From the NCBI RefSeq assembly GCF_009914755.1, contig NC_060927.1: a DNA stretch of 64,000 nt. The stretch is one strand, 5' to 3'. This document shows positions 27,975-44,172 of the stretch, one piece after another; the first letter of the stretch is position 1; every line of letters starts with the position of its first letter. A model generated the notes under the pieces. It did no database searches. It was not told where the DNA came from and was given only the letters and a program-made list of their open reading frames with translations. Position numbers and translations under genes: made by a program. The DNA comes from the human T2T-CHM13v2.0 reference genome, Homo sapiens.

Positions 27975-28200
27975 AGGGAGCACTTACTATGTGTGCTAAG
28001 CATTCTTCTCAGCATTTTCCATGTATTAGCTCATTCAAGTCTCACAACAACACTATGAGGTAGGGAATATTATTATCTCCATTTTACAGTGAACAAATGG
28101 AAGCACGGGAAACTTATTGAAGGTTGCACAGCTAATAAGTGGCAAAACTGGGATTTGAGTCTAGGAAACCTGGCTCAGGGACCCACACTCTTAAAAATCA
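27975..28200 (-). mobile_element. MIR
   Basis: ctcacaacaacactatgaggtagg...attattatctccattttacag...cacagctaataagtggcaaaactgggatttga. Confidence 0.8.
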
Positions 28201-28909
28201 TGCCGTAATGTCATTATGCTGTATTGCCTAAGACAAATGCATATATACACTGGTACAAATACCTTGTCCGAAAAATGCCCATAGCCTTACTGAAGAGACT
28301 ATTTACAAATACGGTATAGATGAACAATGATGTGTGACAGTAGTTGTCACTGGCTCTTCCCTAGGTAGCCAGGGAAAGGCTCATTTATTTGAGAAAAGCA
28401 AAGGCATAGAAGGGATATTTTTGTGTAGGAATGGGAGGTTGGGGATGTGTAAGAGATGAGATTGGGAAAAACCTCATTGTGTGTATATCTATTTATTTAT
28501 AAAAATATTCATGTACTACCACAGTATATTATGTGCTTTATAAAAAACATTCAAAAAAGACAAAAATGAAAAATTATACATAAACAGGATTTCTAATTAT
28601 CTTTCCCCACCCCTATTGTATTTTCTTGAACACCTAGGAATATCCTTACTCTGGGCTATAGAAATAATGGAAGGTTGTTACATAAATATATTTAATATAG
28701 GTAAATATTACATTCTGCTTTATTTATAGGTATGTTCACAGATTAATTATAGGGCCATCTATGTGCTTTGTCTTATATTTTTAAGACAATTTTATTCTTC
28801 ATTCATGTCTCACATGGCGTATCTGACCTGGTGCTCCATACATAATGGGCATGCATTAGGGTGACTGGCTTGCTCCTTTTACTTTGTGCCCAACTGTCTC
28901 AGGTACATG

Positions 28910-29345
28910 TTAGTGTTTAACAAACAACCCCAAAACTTGGATGGAGGCTAAATAACAATGGCTCAGAATTCTGTGGGTTACTCCACAGCTTCAGCTTTCT
29001 TACAGCTATTCTGGGCCTGGATGGTCTAAGACGGGCTCTCACGTATTTGGCTGTTGGTTAGTTGGACTAGGAGAGCCTCAGCCGGGTCATCTCATCTCAG
29101 CTGTATGTGACTCTCAACTTACAAGAAGCTAGACCAGGCTTCCCCACATGGTGGTCTCAGGATAACATTCCAAGAACGTGAGAGTTGAAGCTCCCAACAT
29201 CTCATTTGTGAAAGAATGTCACAATGTCAGCCCAGATTCAAGATTGAGGAAATAGATTACACCTCTACATGGAAGAAGATACAAGGCCACATTGCAAAGG
29301 AATGGAAGGAATTAACTGCAGCCATCTTTGAAAAAGTTCACCACA
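28910..29345 (-). mobile_element. Old MaLR LTR (MLT1H-K-like)
   Basis: aacaaacaaccccaaaactt...; cagcccagattcaag...ggaaatagattacacctct...cacattgcaaagg...gcagccatctttg. Confidence 0.7.
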
Positions 29346-31306
29346 CCCACAGATTCAGATTTCTGTGAAAATCTAATAAAAGTCTAGTTTAAAAGAGGAG
29401 CGAAATATATTTGGTTCTTTACTTCTTTTCATTTCCTGGAAGTACATAGGGTTTGGTTTTTGTTTTTTTCATTTTACATGATGAATTCCTATGTTTTCCT
29501 CTTGCCCACATAGTCCTGTGTGGAACAATAGTCTACTGATAAGAATCAACTTGTATCCTGCTGCTAATCAATGAGAATTTCTCTGCCCTCATCAACTTAA
29601 TCTAGGATATCCCTTCCAGAATACCAAGATAATGTAAGCTTTTATTTAGCAGGGTAATTTGCTAAACATTGTTCATAAGTAGTGCCCTTTTAGCTTAAGG
29701 CAGCCCTGAGCTGCAACAGAAGACTGAATGGAGCTCTGTATACATTCTAGCTTCCTCACCTCACTCTTAAAGTGGGTTAGATGAAATCTGGTAGGAGAAC
29801 ATAGATCATTTGCCAGTGATGATATTCATAAGTGGTAAAAAAAGGAATGACCTGAAACATTTTTATACTGTGTTTGTTATTCTTCTAAAGAGATTAGAGT
29901 TTTACTGAGACCACCAATTCTCTTTGGAGGCTGGGGATAGTAGCATCAACATTCTCACTGATTAATGAAGTGGTGTTCACATTGGATTTGTGAACAGACC
30001 CATCATATGCAGACTTCTGGTCTACTGAGGAGCATGTGTCTCTACATGTTTACAGTGGTGGAGTTTCCTTGCCCCTCTGCCAATAACCACAAAATGATCA
30101 GTAATGAGAAATAATTAAGTATCTAGAGGAAGAAAACAAAGACATGAATTTCATGATACTCTCATGCTTTGTATTATCAGTGACTTCATTGTTTCTCTTG
30201 GCAAATTTTTAATGCATCTGTGCTTGGCCCAGGGGTGCATACTAGGGTAAAGAAAAATTTTGTAATAGCAACAGTGGTTTGGGATTTTCAGGGTACCAAA
30301 AAAAAAAAAAAGGAAAGTTGCTTTTTGTGTATGCCAAATAATGATACTTTACTCTTCATGAAGTGCTGACCTAGTACCTAGTGAGTTTACAAGGGAAAAA
30401 AACCTGCTTAGTTGTCAGTTTAACACAGCCTAATGTGTTGTTATCTGTGACTGTCATAACCCTAGAACGATAACCTTCAGGAGTGTAGGCTGGGAATCAG
30501 GAAACCCAGCCTCTGATCCCAGCTCTGCCTTTAATTAGCCAGGGTCTGTGTTGTTGCTTATAAAATGAGAATACTGGGATAGGTTGTCCCATGAGATCAC
30601 TCAGGCTGGAACAAGGACCAAGGATTGTTTCCTTTGACCTCTACCCTGTTCCTCACCCCCTGATGGATCCCGTGATAGCAGGGTTAGGACCTGAGACTAG
30701 ATGATCTTTGAAGTCCCGGGATTTCCCGCTTTAGAATTCTGGGACTCTCTGTTGTCTTGTATCTATGGATACAAATACAGTGCAGTTGGCAGTGAGAAGT
30801 AGATCCTGCTTTGTTTTCCTATGTAGTTCCTTTAGTCAGTTTTACTTGGGCTTAAGTTAGTTGAAATCATGGTGTATCTTGGTAAGGATGTGTCCATGCA
30901 AGAGGACTAGAAGAGAGTTTGTAATTATTTACTTAATTTATTTGCAGGAAATGGCCAAATGTAAATAGAAGTCTATTCTACTCATTACCTTCCTCCAGCA
31001 GCCCCTCAGCCAATTACTTATTATAAAATTTAAATTTTAAAAATCATTCTTTATTAATGTTGTATATTAAAAATTACTCTACATAGTTAGGTGCTACTTA
31101 GACATACTTTTTAGTCTTCATTTTCTTACTCATTTTTGTTTTAGAATTGTGGATGTGACTAGAGGATATTTTTGCTTGTATCAAGTAAGTGAAAAGCCTC
31201 AAAAAAGAAATCATTTTTGGTCTTGGTCATTTAATATGGTATCGAGGTAGCCAAGCAAAACTACTCCAATTTAGAGAAAGAAAATAATAGTAATAATGGT
31301 AGCTAA

Positions 31307-32035
<729 letters not shown>

Positions 32036-32240
32036 CGCTTGAAGCCTTTTTAAATCACTTGCCAAAGGTCACACTGCTAAAAAGTGGCAGAGTCAGAGTC
32101 AGGCCCTAATTTAGGCAGTCTGGCTCCAGAGCCTACTAAATCACTATGCTGTATCTACTTAGCTTTTATAAAAAGATATACATAGTAAAGGAAAAATCCT
32201 GGTTTAACATTAATTTATTCAACAAACATTTATGAAATGA

Positions 32241-32637
<397 letters not shown>

Positions 32638-33042
32638 TGAATTCTGAGTATCCAAAATTATACAAAAATGTGAGTAACATAAATTCACAAACCCCTAGCC
32701 TTTGAGTCTATTCAATAAAGATGTTCTGTTTTCATATATTGTTTATGTGCAAAAACTATGTATTTTTAAATTTTCATGTGCTTTTCTCAACCACTGCTGT
32801 CATATTGAAGTGGCAGGAGACATGTCTTAATAGAAAGAGTATGAGATTGTGGAATCAAATAGAACTGGTCTTAAATCACAGCTCCAACATGTTAGCTCTG
32901 TGGCCTTGGGCGTCAGTGAGCCTTTAAATGTAAAATGGAGATAATGGTACTTGCTAATGGGTTTATTATTCATATTTGGTTAGCACAGGGCCCCTGTTGT
33001 TAATGTGTGTATCCCCATGTCCTACAGAGTTGGACCTCAGCA

Positions 33043-33413
33043 GGGATTTATTGAGTGATTGAATCATGCAGTCCTCAGCAGAGCTGGTTGGCTCTGAATA
33101 GGAGCTGCCTCATGGTAAAGATGATTCATTTGCGAACCACTGGCTAGAAATTAGAAAAAGGGTACTGAGAATCTACTGAAGTAGCTGTGTATAGACCTCT
33201 TACCACATGCCAGGCACTGTTTTAAGTGCTTCAGTTCATTTATCTTATTTATCTTAAAGAATTTTAGCCTGAAGTAAATGAAAAAAACAGAAAACCTGTA
33301 GGAAGGGAGTTGGTAAAGGTGAATTAAGGTGGAGACTCTCATAAGAGATAGCAAAGACAAATAAATTAATATCAATTTCAGGGCAGCACTGGTGCCTGCA
33401 AAAGGCTCAGGAA

Positions 33414-33446
<33 letters not shown>

Positions 33447-34101
33447 CGCGCGTGCATGCACACTCGTGCTGGGTGGGGAAGAAATGTTAGATCCACGTAA
33501 CTTACTGGAAATCTCCATTTAATTTCACTGAATTTTGTAAACTTTCGATCATAAATACCCTGATCTGCTATCCCTCACCCCCAGCCCTCTCACAGACACC
33601 CTCACATGCATGAAATGAACTGAGTATGCACTACACTATTTTTTAATTTGACAGCACCATTAACCATCATTAGTTCTGTTTTTAAGCATGTAACATTTTA
33701 TTAAGGCAGTCATTTAAACTTGGTGTAGTGGGAAATTTTAGACATAAATTGTTTGTTTTGATGGCAAGAAGACTGCATAACACGGAGTGAGTCTGTGCTA
33801 ACTGTACGACACTCATGGCCAAGGAACAAAGCTGGGAGTGATCCAAGGCTTTAAATTTGAATATATTTAACACCCCATACTTTGCTGAGTTTAGAGGGCA
33901 GACTGTCTGCTATCTTTACATTTGCACTTGCATTTCCCCCTATCTTTACACAGAACCTTTAAGCTAAGATTTAGTTCCCTGAAAGAATGGAAAGAGATGT
34001 ATTAAGATTATGGGGTTCTCAGCAGAGCTGGTTGGCCCCTTTAATATTAACTGACTTATGGTAAATGTGATTCATCTATGAAAATAGTGGCTATAAATAG
34101 A
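33043..34101 (+). repeat. Dispersed direct repeat: two copies of a ~110-bp unit (33043-33155 and 33994-34101)
   Basis: Identical ctcagcagagctggttggc at 33074-33092 and 34018-34036, with colinear flanking similarity. Confidence 0.8.
33414..33463. repeat. (GT)12G(CG)7TGCATGCACAC perfect alternating purine-pyrimidine tract
   Basis: 50 bp of uninterrupted RY alternation read directly. Confidence 0.95.
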
Positions 34102-37100
34102 TGTTAATAGCGCTCAGTTGCAGAACAGCCAGGTTGTGCTCACATGGCCAGATTAGGGGAAAAAATCCTGTTGGGTATTTTATGTGGTCTTTCAAAAAAA
34201 AAAAGTTTCCTTTTATTGCCCTACTCACCCACATTTGAAGACACTAAACTCAGCCAGCTGCAGTAAAGCTATCTGATGGCTAAAAAAAGACAATTGAAAA
34301 CAAGATAACCTAATTTAGTAATTGGCCTCCGTTATCTTTTTTCTCCCATTTTCAGTAAAAATCATTGAAACATTTTCTTAGTGATATTTTTCCTTGTAGG
34401 GCATAGACAAGTCTTTAGACAAGGGATTGGAAAGTGGGAATGTATGATTCAGGTTCATATTCCCAAGGATTCTAAGTCCTAAGAGAAAGTCAAAGCCACA
34501 GAGAGAAAATCAAATAAGAGCTTCAGAAGGTGGTGCAGTAGTCTCTCATCCATCACCCATAGTATCAGGCACTTAGTATTTTCCATCATCACCTGCTCAC
34601 TTGTTATATGCCTGTGAGTGTCCAAAAGTGCTTCCTTGTTGTGAGCTGAAATCCAGCTCCCAGGAACTTTAGTTCGTGTATCCTGGTTCTGCCTCCAGAA
34701 CTAAAGCAAGCCAAGCTACTCTTCTTGCCACAGTGTAGTCCTTTAACCGAAAGGACTCTATTCTTCTTTATTCCAAATGAAACACTCAGTTTCTTTATTC
34801 ATTTCTTACACCACCTAGTTTCAGTCTCCTCCACCCACAACTCACAAACACATTTTGATTGTGCCCCTTCAGCCCAGGGTCTTTCTTAAAGATATGCATG
34901 GAATTGGGTATAATTTCCCAGATATTAAACACAACTAAAGCAGTGAATTGGTGAAGGTATATACTCAGGGAAGATCTTAGCAGCTTTTCTGATAGTGGTT
35001 CCAGTTGGAATTTTAAGTATGGATCCAAAAATTTGATAGTAGGTGTTTAATGAAAACTTCTTCCAGTTTAGCTTATCAGGTGAATGCTTGTAATGATACC
35101 TTTCACATGCATGTTTCTTGATACATCAGGAGACAGGGTATTATTTCCCCAGTTTGCAGATTCCTCGTCTGCAAGATTCAGGAATCTTCAATAATTTTAG
35201 TTTACAAACAGTGGACCAGAGATAAAAAGCTAGGTATTCTGACTTTTTTTTCTCTATGCTCATGCTAAATTAATTGACATTTACTCTCTTTTTAGTTTGG
35301 AAGTGTTCTTTGGTTTCTTGTTTTCTACGTGCTGCAGTCAGAGAAGCTGCTGGGCTGTAGATACAGAATAAACAACCACTGATGAGGTCCAGTAGGGCAG
35401 ACTTACATCATGGCTTTTCTTAGCTGTGTGTTGTGAAGAAAGGACAAAAAGAAATATAAAAATCTTCAAGTATAAATAGTGATTTATCCAAGTTTTCCAT
35501 TACAAATCAGTGACTCTTTAAAGATTCTTTTCTCATTTAAGGTTGAAACAGGGCTGAGAATGTTTTCCAGATCTTTGTGGAATACAGCAGAAAAAGGAAA
35601 TTATTTTTATGTAGTCCAAGTTAGGTTTAAATGCATTTTTAAATGCCACACTTCCAACCCTAGATCAGAGCTCTTGAAAATCATATGATTCTTTTAACAG
35701 TTTTCAAACTACATCACTTTCCATATTTCTTCCAACTTCATGCTCTGGTTTTTCTTAGAAATACAGTGATAATGAGCCAGTCACTTAACCTTTCTATTTT
35801 CTTTGAATTTTTGTCCGTTTGGACCTTGGAGCCAGTTTTGTCCAATCCCCTTACACTGTAACCAAATCCCAGCAAGGTTAACTGATGTGCCTATGGTCAT
35901 GCCCTGAGCCAACACCAGAAGGCAGGTCTCTTGCCTACATCTCTGTTGTTCTTTCCATTGTATCACTTCTTGTTCATAGGCCAACCCCTGTTTCCTCCAG
36001 CTCTAGGAAGATGTGAATCCTAAAAGATAAAAATGCACCTTTCAGAGAACCCGAAATTTCCTACAAATTTTTATTTTTGTGAACCATCTTCCTCACCTTT
36101 TAGGTAACAATAGATCACCCTGAGTGCCTTTTGGCCTCCTCTTGCCTAGGCCAACCCAGCCTAATAAGGACCTTGAGGTAAACAGGTGATTCAGAGGAGG
36201 TCAAGAGTTTCCATCTTTACATTCCAACGTGAGGTCTTCCCTTTCTTTCATCTAAGGAACTGTGACTAGAATAGAGATGGGTTGTTGTAGAGAAGATGTT
36301 GCAACTCTTAAAGCGCCTTGGGCTACCCCTAACTTCTAAGCCATTTGGCTCCCCTTTCCCAGCATCTCAGGTATACTCCATTTATCTTCCTATAACTGGC
36401 AGAAAGTTTAATAACTTCTTGCCTCTGAAGCATATAAGTTTAGTCTGAAACATTTGCACTTTCTCTTTTTAGGGGAAGAGAGGGAAACTAACTTTTCTAA
36501 AGCTTCTGTTTTTGCCAAATAATACGATTCATTCTTCCTATTCCTTACGTCTTTTTTTTTTAGACACACGGAGTTGATATTATTCTCTTCAATCTACTGA
36601 TGAAAAAACTGAAGTGTTATAAAGCTCACAGCTTATTATATTAATAGTAGAAATACAGGTTCACGAGTAAATACAAAATACTAGGAAATACTGTAAATAA
36701 TGTTCAATGCACAAAGTGTTTTGGAAGGATTTGAGAAAGAATGACTAATTCTGCCAAAGGGCCTTAGTAAAGCCATCTCAGAGATAAGCTTTATCTTGGA
36801 GAATGAAAAAGGGTTCCCAGGCCATATGTATAGGTAGAAGGTGGATGAAAAACACAGTATGTGGGGAATATCAAATTGTGCCTATGCTGAAGCACAGGAG
36901 GTGTTCAATGGTGAAAAGTGAGGGCAGAAAGGTCAACTGTGGGTATGCATCACAGGGCTGTTTATAATAAGGGAGATGAAACAACCATGTATCCAACAAA
37001 TAATAGGGAATAATTATATGGATCATAGAATATCAGTGCACATATTCTGTGGCCAGTGAAGCAGCCAGAAAAAGTCAAGTTTTCAAGGAGTATTTAATAA

Positions 37101-37363
37101 TGTAGGAAAATATTTGTAATTTGTAATAAGTTAAAAAATTTGGAAAAAATATATTGATTTATCTATTATATTGTTTTCATATTTGTGAGGTGTTTTTCAG
37201 AAGAGAAAAGGGGATGAATGAGATAAAACCTTGAAATTGATCAACAATGCAATAGCATGTTGCCTTGATAGCAGCTGGTTTGATTATCCATGAGGTGGGA
37301 AAAGAAGACTAAGGAAATTTGAATGTGAACTATAAATTAGGTGATATTAAGAATTTACTGTTT

Positions 37364-37575
37364 TCAGGAGATCTAGACCATCCTGGCTAACACGGTGAAA
37401 CTGTATCTCTACTAAAAATACAAAAAAATTAGTGGGGCATGGTGGTGGGCGCCTGTAGTCCTGAGGCAGGAGAATGGCGTGAACCTGGGAGGTGGAGCTT
37501 TGTAGTGAGCCGAGATCGTGCCACTGCACTCCAGCCTGGGTGAGAGACCAAGACTCCATCTCAAAAAAAAAAAAA
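37364..37575 (+). mobile_element. 5'-truncated AluY with a 16-nt internal deletion, inside an L1M fragment
   Basis: Starts at tcaggagatc; accatcctggctaacacgg and gaatggcgtgaacc; lacks cagctactcgggaggc; TSD aagaa(t/g)ttactgtt. Confidence 0.9.
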
Positions 37576-38293
<718 letters not shown>

Positions 38294-38688
38294 TCAGGCA
38301 TAGACAGAGAAACAGGAGAGTAAACTATGTCCCAGGAGCCAAGAGAGAATTATTTCAAGGGGCAAAGAGCTGCTGTGACCTCATTTTAACAACATTACCA
38401 CTGCTTAGAACAACTTTGGACCTCCACTTTTGGAGTCATCTGCTTTGAAATATCCCTCAGCTGGGGCAAAGCCTGTTTCCTTAAAGGCGAACTTAATTTC
38501 TGATAACAAGAACAGGTTCCTTAAAAACAAATCTAGTGAATCTAGTGGTCAGCTCATGCCTATTTTGGTCAAAAGAACCAATTATGACATTAAAATAATG
38601 GGACTGGCTTTTGTGTGTGGCCTTCAAAGGAGGTTTGAAGACATTTCCAAAATGTGTCAGCCCTGACACTTTTTCAGAATAAGCTTCA

Positions 38689-39201
<513 letters not shown>

Positions 39202-39839
39202 TTATAATCTTACTTCCCTCGCAACTTCTGCTGTCCAAATTGGGTCAAACTACTTCATTTCTTCAGGGCTCAGTGTTTTATAGGGTTATTGGGAGGATTA
39301 GAGATGACACATACAAGATGCTGTGCCTGGTACCTAGAACATGATAGGAACTCATAGCTTATCCTAATGGAGATGTCATAATGATACAACTTTATCTCTT
39401 GGTTCAGCAGACATGCCTTCCCTCTTAGAACATCAAATGAGATAAGAAAATAACTAGTGGATTTTTAGCATCATGAGGAGAGTACATTACTCAGGCCCTA
39501 CCTCACCAAAGGGAGGGAGTTCTTCTAGTCAGTGCTAAACAAGTATTTTAAGAGTGTGTGTTATTTTGTGCCTAACTGAGATGGAGATTGGCAAGCTGAA
39601 GAAATTGGGATTTGGCCAAGAACCAGTGCTTGTTGTTTAGTAGAGAGGTGATAGGGAACTATGATCCTGCCAGTTTGGAGGGACGTAACATGAAATGACT
39701 TCTTGGTCCAAGCTGGCTACAGCTGTTCCAAAAAAGATGACAAAGGCTGCTGATTCAGAGGGGGATACTCACCCAGGCTGTCACGTCTGTCTCTCCACCA
39801 AGCAAGACTTTTTTAATCCTCTAACACAACAGCAACACA

Positions 39840-40050
39840 AAATTTACTGTCTGCAGGCACAATGCTAAGGCACTTTGTGCACACTAAATCGTTAGGCACT
39901 GAAAACAACCCTGTAAGGTAGTACTCTGATTCATCTGCACTTTATGGGTTAAAGTAACCGAAACCTAAAGAGGTTAAGTTAATCTGCCCCAAGCCACAGA
40001 ACTGGCAAGTGGCAGAACAGGAATTCAAACTGGCTTCAGAGCCCACCCAG
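39840..40050 (-). mobile_element. MIR
   Basis: aacaaccctgtaaggtag...gaaacctaaagaggttaagttaatctgccccaagccacaga...gtggcagaacaggaattcaaac. Confidence 0.75.
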
Positions 40051-42191
40051 TCTTTGCAAGCCTACTTTCTAATGCCTGAATTCCTTCTCTTTAGGAAGAA
40101 TTATCTGTGTAAAGTTGGGAGAGACATCTCAGCAATTATGGTGCAGCACTGACTATATCAATAAAATTAAAGTAGCCAGTATCTTTCACCAAAGACCTGC
40201 ATCACAAAGTGGTGAGAAGAGAAAAAAACATAGATCACCAGGGAGAAAGGGAAAAAGCCTAGGTTTGGTCAAATCTGCGATGAAGGCACAGAGTGAATTA
40301 AATTCAAGCTTCTTCACTACTGTTCATTATTCGGCTCATTCTAGGCAGTAGGGAGGGAGTTGTTATAAAGCAGGAGCTTATAACAGCTTTTAGACTCTGC
40401 TTAAGTCAAAAATCATCAAGAATCATCAAAAAGCATCAAGGAAAATACACAGAACAAGCAGTCACCCTGCTGTGCTCTCCCTGATGCTTTTTGGTGGTCA
40501 TGTGGCTGTGACTAGACCCTATGAGTTCGGGTTAAGTCCTGGGTTCTTCAGACTGATAAAAGGTTTCTTCTCATGTCTTCCTCTAAGAAGGGCCATCTCC
40601 ACCCTTTCCAAAGTCCCACTCATCGCTACGAAGGAGTGCTTTCCCCATACTCCCTCATGAGGTGAGGTTGGCTTACCCAGACTGCTTCCCAGCCTTGTTG
40701 CGTAGATCTGGACCTCAGACTCTCTGAGGTCTGTGGTAATGGGGATAGATTGAGCTTGGGGGTTCCACCCACTGTGTGTGGTTCCATATAGCCCTTTGTT
40801 AGAAAGCACCCAGGGCAGCCAAGAGTGCGTGTTGACTAAGGAGGGTGGCTGCTGCTAGGAACTGTAAGTAAATAAATGGATGTCAGAAGCTTACAATTAA
40901 GGAGGGAAACAAAGAATCATTACTCTCCCTTAAGCATGTTGCTTTGGATGTTTTAGCAATGATTATGAAGCATTTACACACAGACTAAACTAAGCTCTTT
41001 GTGTTCCTTGCAAGGTAGAGAGCCTGCCAAGTCAATTTCAGCATGCAAAACCCAGACAATTATTTTGGCATTTAGGAGCAGCCACTGTTTTTGCTAGGGG
41101 TTGGGGGCTGGCAGCCTGTTGACACAGGAAGCCTTCATAAGGAAAGAGAAGTCAACTTTAACCCCAATTTTTTTAAAAAGAGAAACCCTGTCAGGGCTCT
41201 CACGTTCCCACCTCTTATGCGAAACCTCTTGTCACAGAGCCAGTGGGAGAAGCCCTTGGGCTTAGAAGTGCCACACATGCTTTTGTGTCCACAGCGTGCA
41301 ACTCATTCATAGCTGTTTTCATATCCTCTGCCTAGCAGCTCTTTTGTGAGTGTGTGCATACAGACAGTTGGTAGATGTATTTCTAGTAATAACCAATAAA
41401 AAGATAAAGTTCTTGAAATTATGGTCTTGGTTCATCAGATAATATATGCTTTATGATAGTCATTCTCAACCTGTAAGCCCAGAACTCCTGGGAGCTTTCA
41501 GAGTTGACAAAAGGGGCCCTGCAATCCATATAGCAAAAGCATTTTAAAAAATTGGGTATGTCTATTACATCTTCAGAATAGCCCTGGATACTATTGTGAT
41601 TGATAGCTTATAAGCTGCTTTAAAGTTTTCTGAATTTGTTATAGGCTTTTATAACTATGTCTTCACTCAGTCAATGAATAGAAAAAGCTACAACTATCAA
41701 TGGAGAATTTGGAAATTTTTTGTTACGGAAAAGGAGTTTTCATCCTAGAAAGGGTGTGTAAGCAGTATCCAAAGGTCTTTTCTGTGTGGCTGCTAAACAA
41801 AAGACTGCTTTCTTATTATTGAACCTTTTGGTAGTGTTTTCTGACACAAATGATTTCATGTCTGTATCAGAACTGCCCTGTTGATGTAGCTGCAGCTAAA
41901 GAATGGGCTGAAGGCATTTGGTCTTACAGACTGTTAATCTGAAAAAAGCAAATGATGCCATTTTTTTTAGTGTTAAGACTTTATGCATCTAACCCACTCT
42001 CTTCAGTACAAGTTACCATGCACATCATAATTACTTGCAGGTATTTGAGGGATGATTGTAGTTTAACGTGGTGGTGGCTACATCTGGAGGCCTGAATCCA
42101 CAGTATTCTTATTTTTAGCCTTTAGTAGGGACTGCTTCTTCCAGTATGTTGGCTGCAGTATTTAAAGTAGTGATTTGCTGGCTCTATACTA

Positions 42192-42644
<453 letters not shown>

Positions 42645-43607
42645 TTATCTTTGTATCTGTTATACTATACATATTGTTTAGGGAACATTAGCTATTGTCA
42701 TAAATCTTCCATACCATGATATTTGATAGCTACATAGTATTTCATTGTATGGAGGTGCCATTATTTATGTAACCATTCTCCTATTATTGGATATTTAGTT
42801 AACCACTCTCCAGTCCTTCCTGCCCCACCCCCTTCACCTTAGTGGCCTTTTCCCTATGGATCCAGAAGGGACCCAGAGCTAAAAAGGAACCTTGACTTTG
42901 TCTGGACTTCACAAAACTGGCAGGAGTCCATGAGAACTGTCCTCGGCTGAGAAAAATATCTGTTCGTTGTTTTAAAGTCATGATGACAGTGGCTGCAGGA
43001 TTTAATCGCAACTCATAATCATTATTCTACCTCCCCTCTAAATTCTTTTTCCCTTACCAAATAAAAATATAAAATTGTTTTGAATACTTTTAATAAGGTA
43101 AAAAGAAAAATAGAAGGCATGTATACTGCTGGGGTAGACCACTATACTACCTTTCTAGGCCCTGAAAGTTGAGAATTTGAAAATGAAATAAGAATTTAGA
43201 ATATTTGTCCAAATAATTCATCTTTAACAATAGGACATTTATTTGCACATTTTTTCCTTTCATGGAGGAAGCTGTTATTATATTTACAGATTACCTCATC
43301 ATATAGACTTGAATAAAAAATATGAGAATCAGACCTGTAGAGCATATTTCAAACAAAATTAAAAGCAGAGCTGTGTAGACAATGGTGGTGGTAAGATAAT
43401 AAGTATTTTTTATTCTAAAGCTATAACATTCTGTTTCTGATTTATAGAGTATGTCATCATTTTAATGCTGTCTTATGTCCAAAAAATAAGTAGTTAACAG
43501 TAGTGCATTAGAAACATGGTTACCAAACAGTATACCAAAAACTAAAACATTGCATGGTATAGGACATGGAGAGAAGAACCAAAGTTTGTTTAGAAAAGAG
43601 AGTCTCA

Positions 43608-43885
43608 GGCCAGGCATGGTGTCTCACACCCGATCACTTGAGCCCCGGAGTTTGAGATCAGCCTTAGCAACATAGTGAGACTGTCTCTCCAAAAAAATAA
43701 AAAAATTAAAAAATTTTTTAAAAATTAAGTAAAAATAAGAAAGAAAAAAAATTAGCTCGGTAGGGTGATGCACACCTGTAGTCCCATCTACTCGTGAGGC
43801 TGAGGCAGAAGGATCAGGATCACCTAAGTCCAAGAATTGGAGGTTACAGTGAGCCATGATTATATCATCACTGCACTTCAGCCTG
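43608..43885 (+). mobile_element. AluJ with internal deletion and expanded A-linker
   Basis: ggccaggcatggtgtctcacacc|cgatcacttgagccc; J-type right arm; TSD aagagag(t/c)ctca at 43596-43607 / 44166-44177. Confidence 0.85.
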
Positions 43886-44172
43886 AGAAGGGGGAGGGGA
43901 AGGGAGGGGGAGGGGGAGAAGAAGGAGAAGGCGAAGGAGAAGAAAGGAGGGAGAGAGAAAGAGAGGGGAGGGGAAGGGAGAGAGAGAGGAAGGAGGAGGA
44001 GGAGGGAGAAAGAAAGAGGGGAAGGGAAGGGAAAGAGGAAGAAGAAGAGGAGAAAGGAGAGAGAAAGGGAGAGGAAGGGAAAGAGAAGTGGAAGGGAAGG
44101 AAAGGAAAAAAGAGGAAAAGGAAGGAAGGAAAGAAAAAGAGAAAGGAAAGAAAAAGAGAAGAAAGAAGAGAG
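43885..44172 (+). repeat. 288-bp polypurine (GA-rich) low-complexity tract
   Basis: Only two pyrimidines (43932, 44089) in the interval. Confidence 0.95.

Noticed and set aside
30718-30727. Perfect NF-kB site GGGATTTCCC (reverse copy at 62938-62947)
   Set aside because: Isolated 10-mers without clustering; sequence alone cannot distinguish them from chance.
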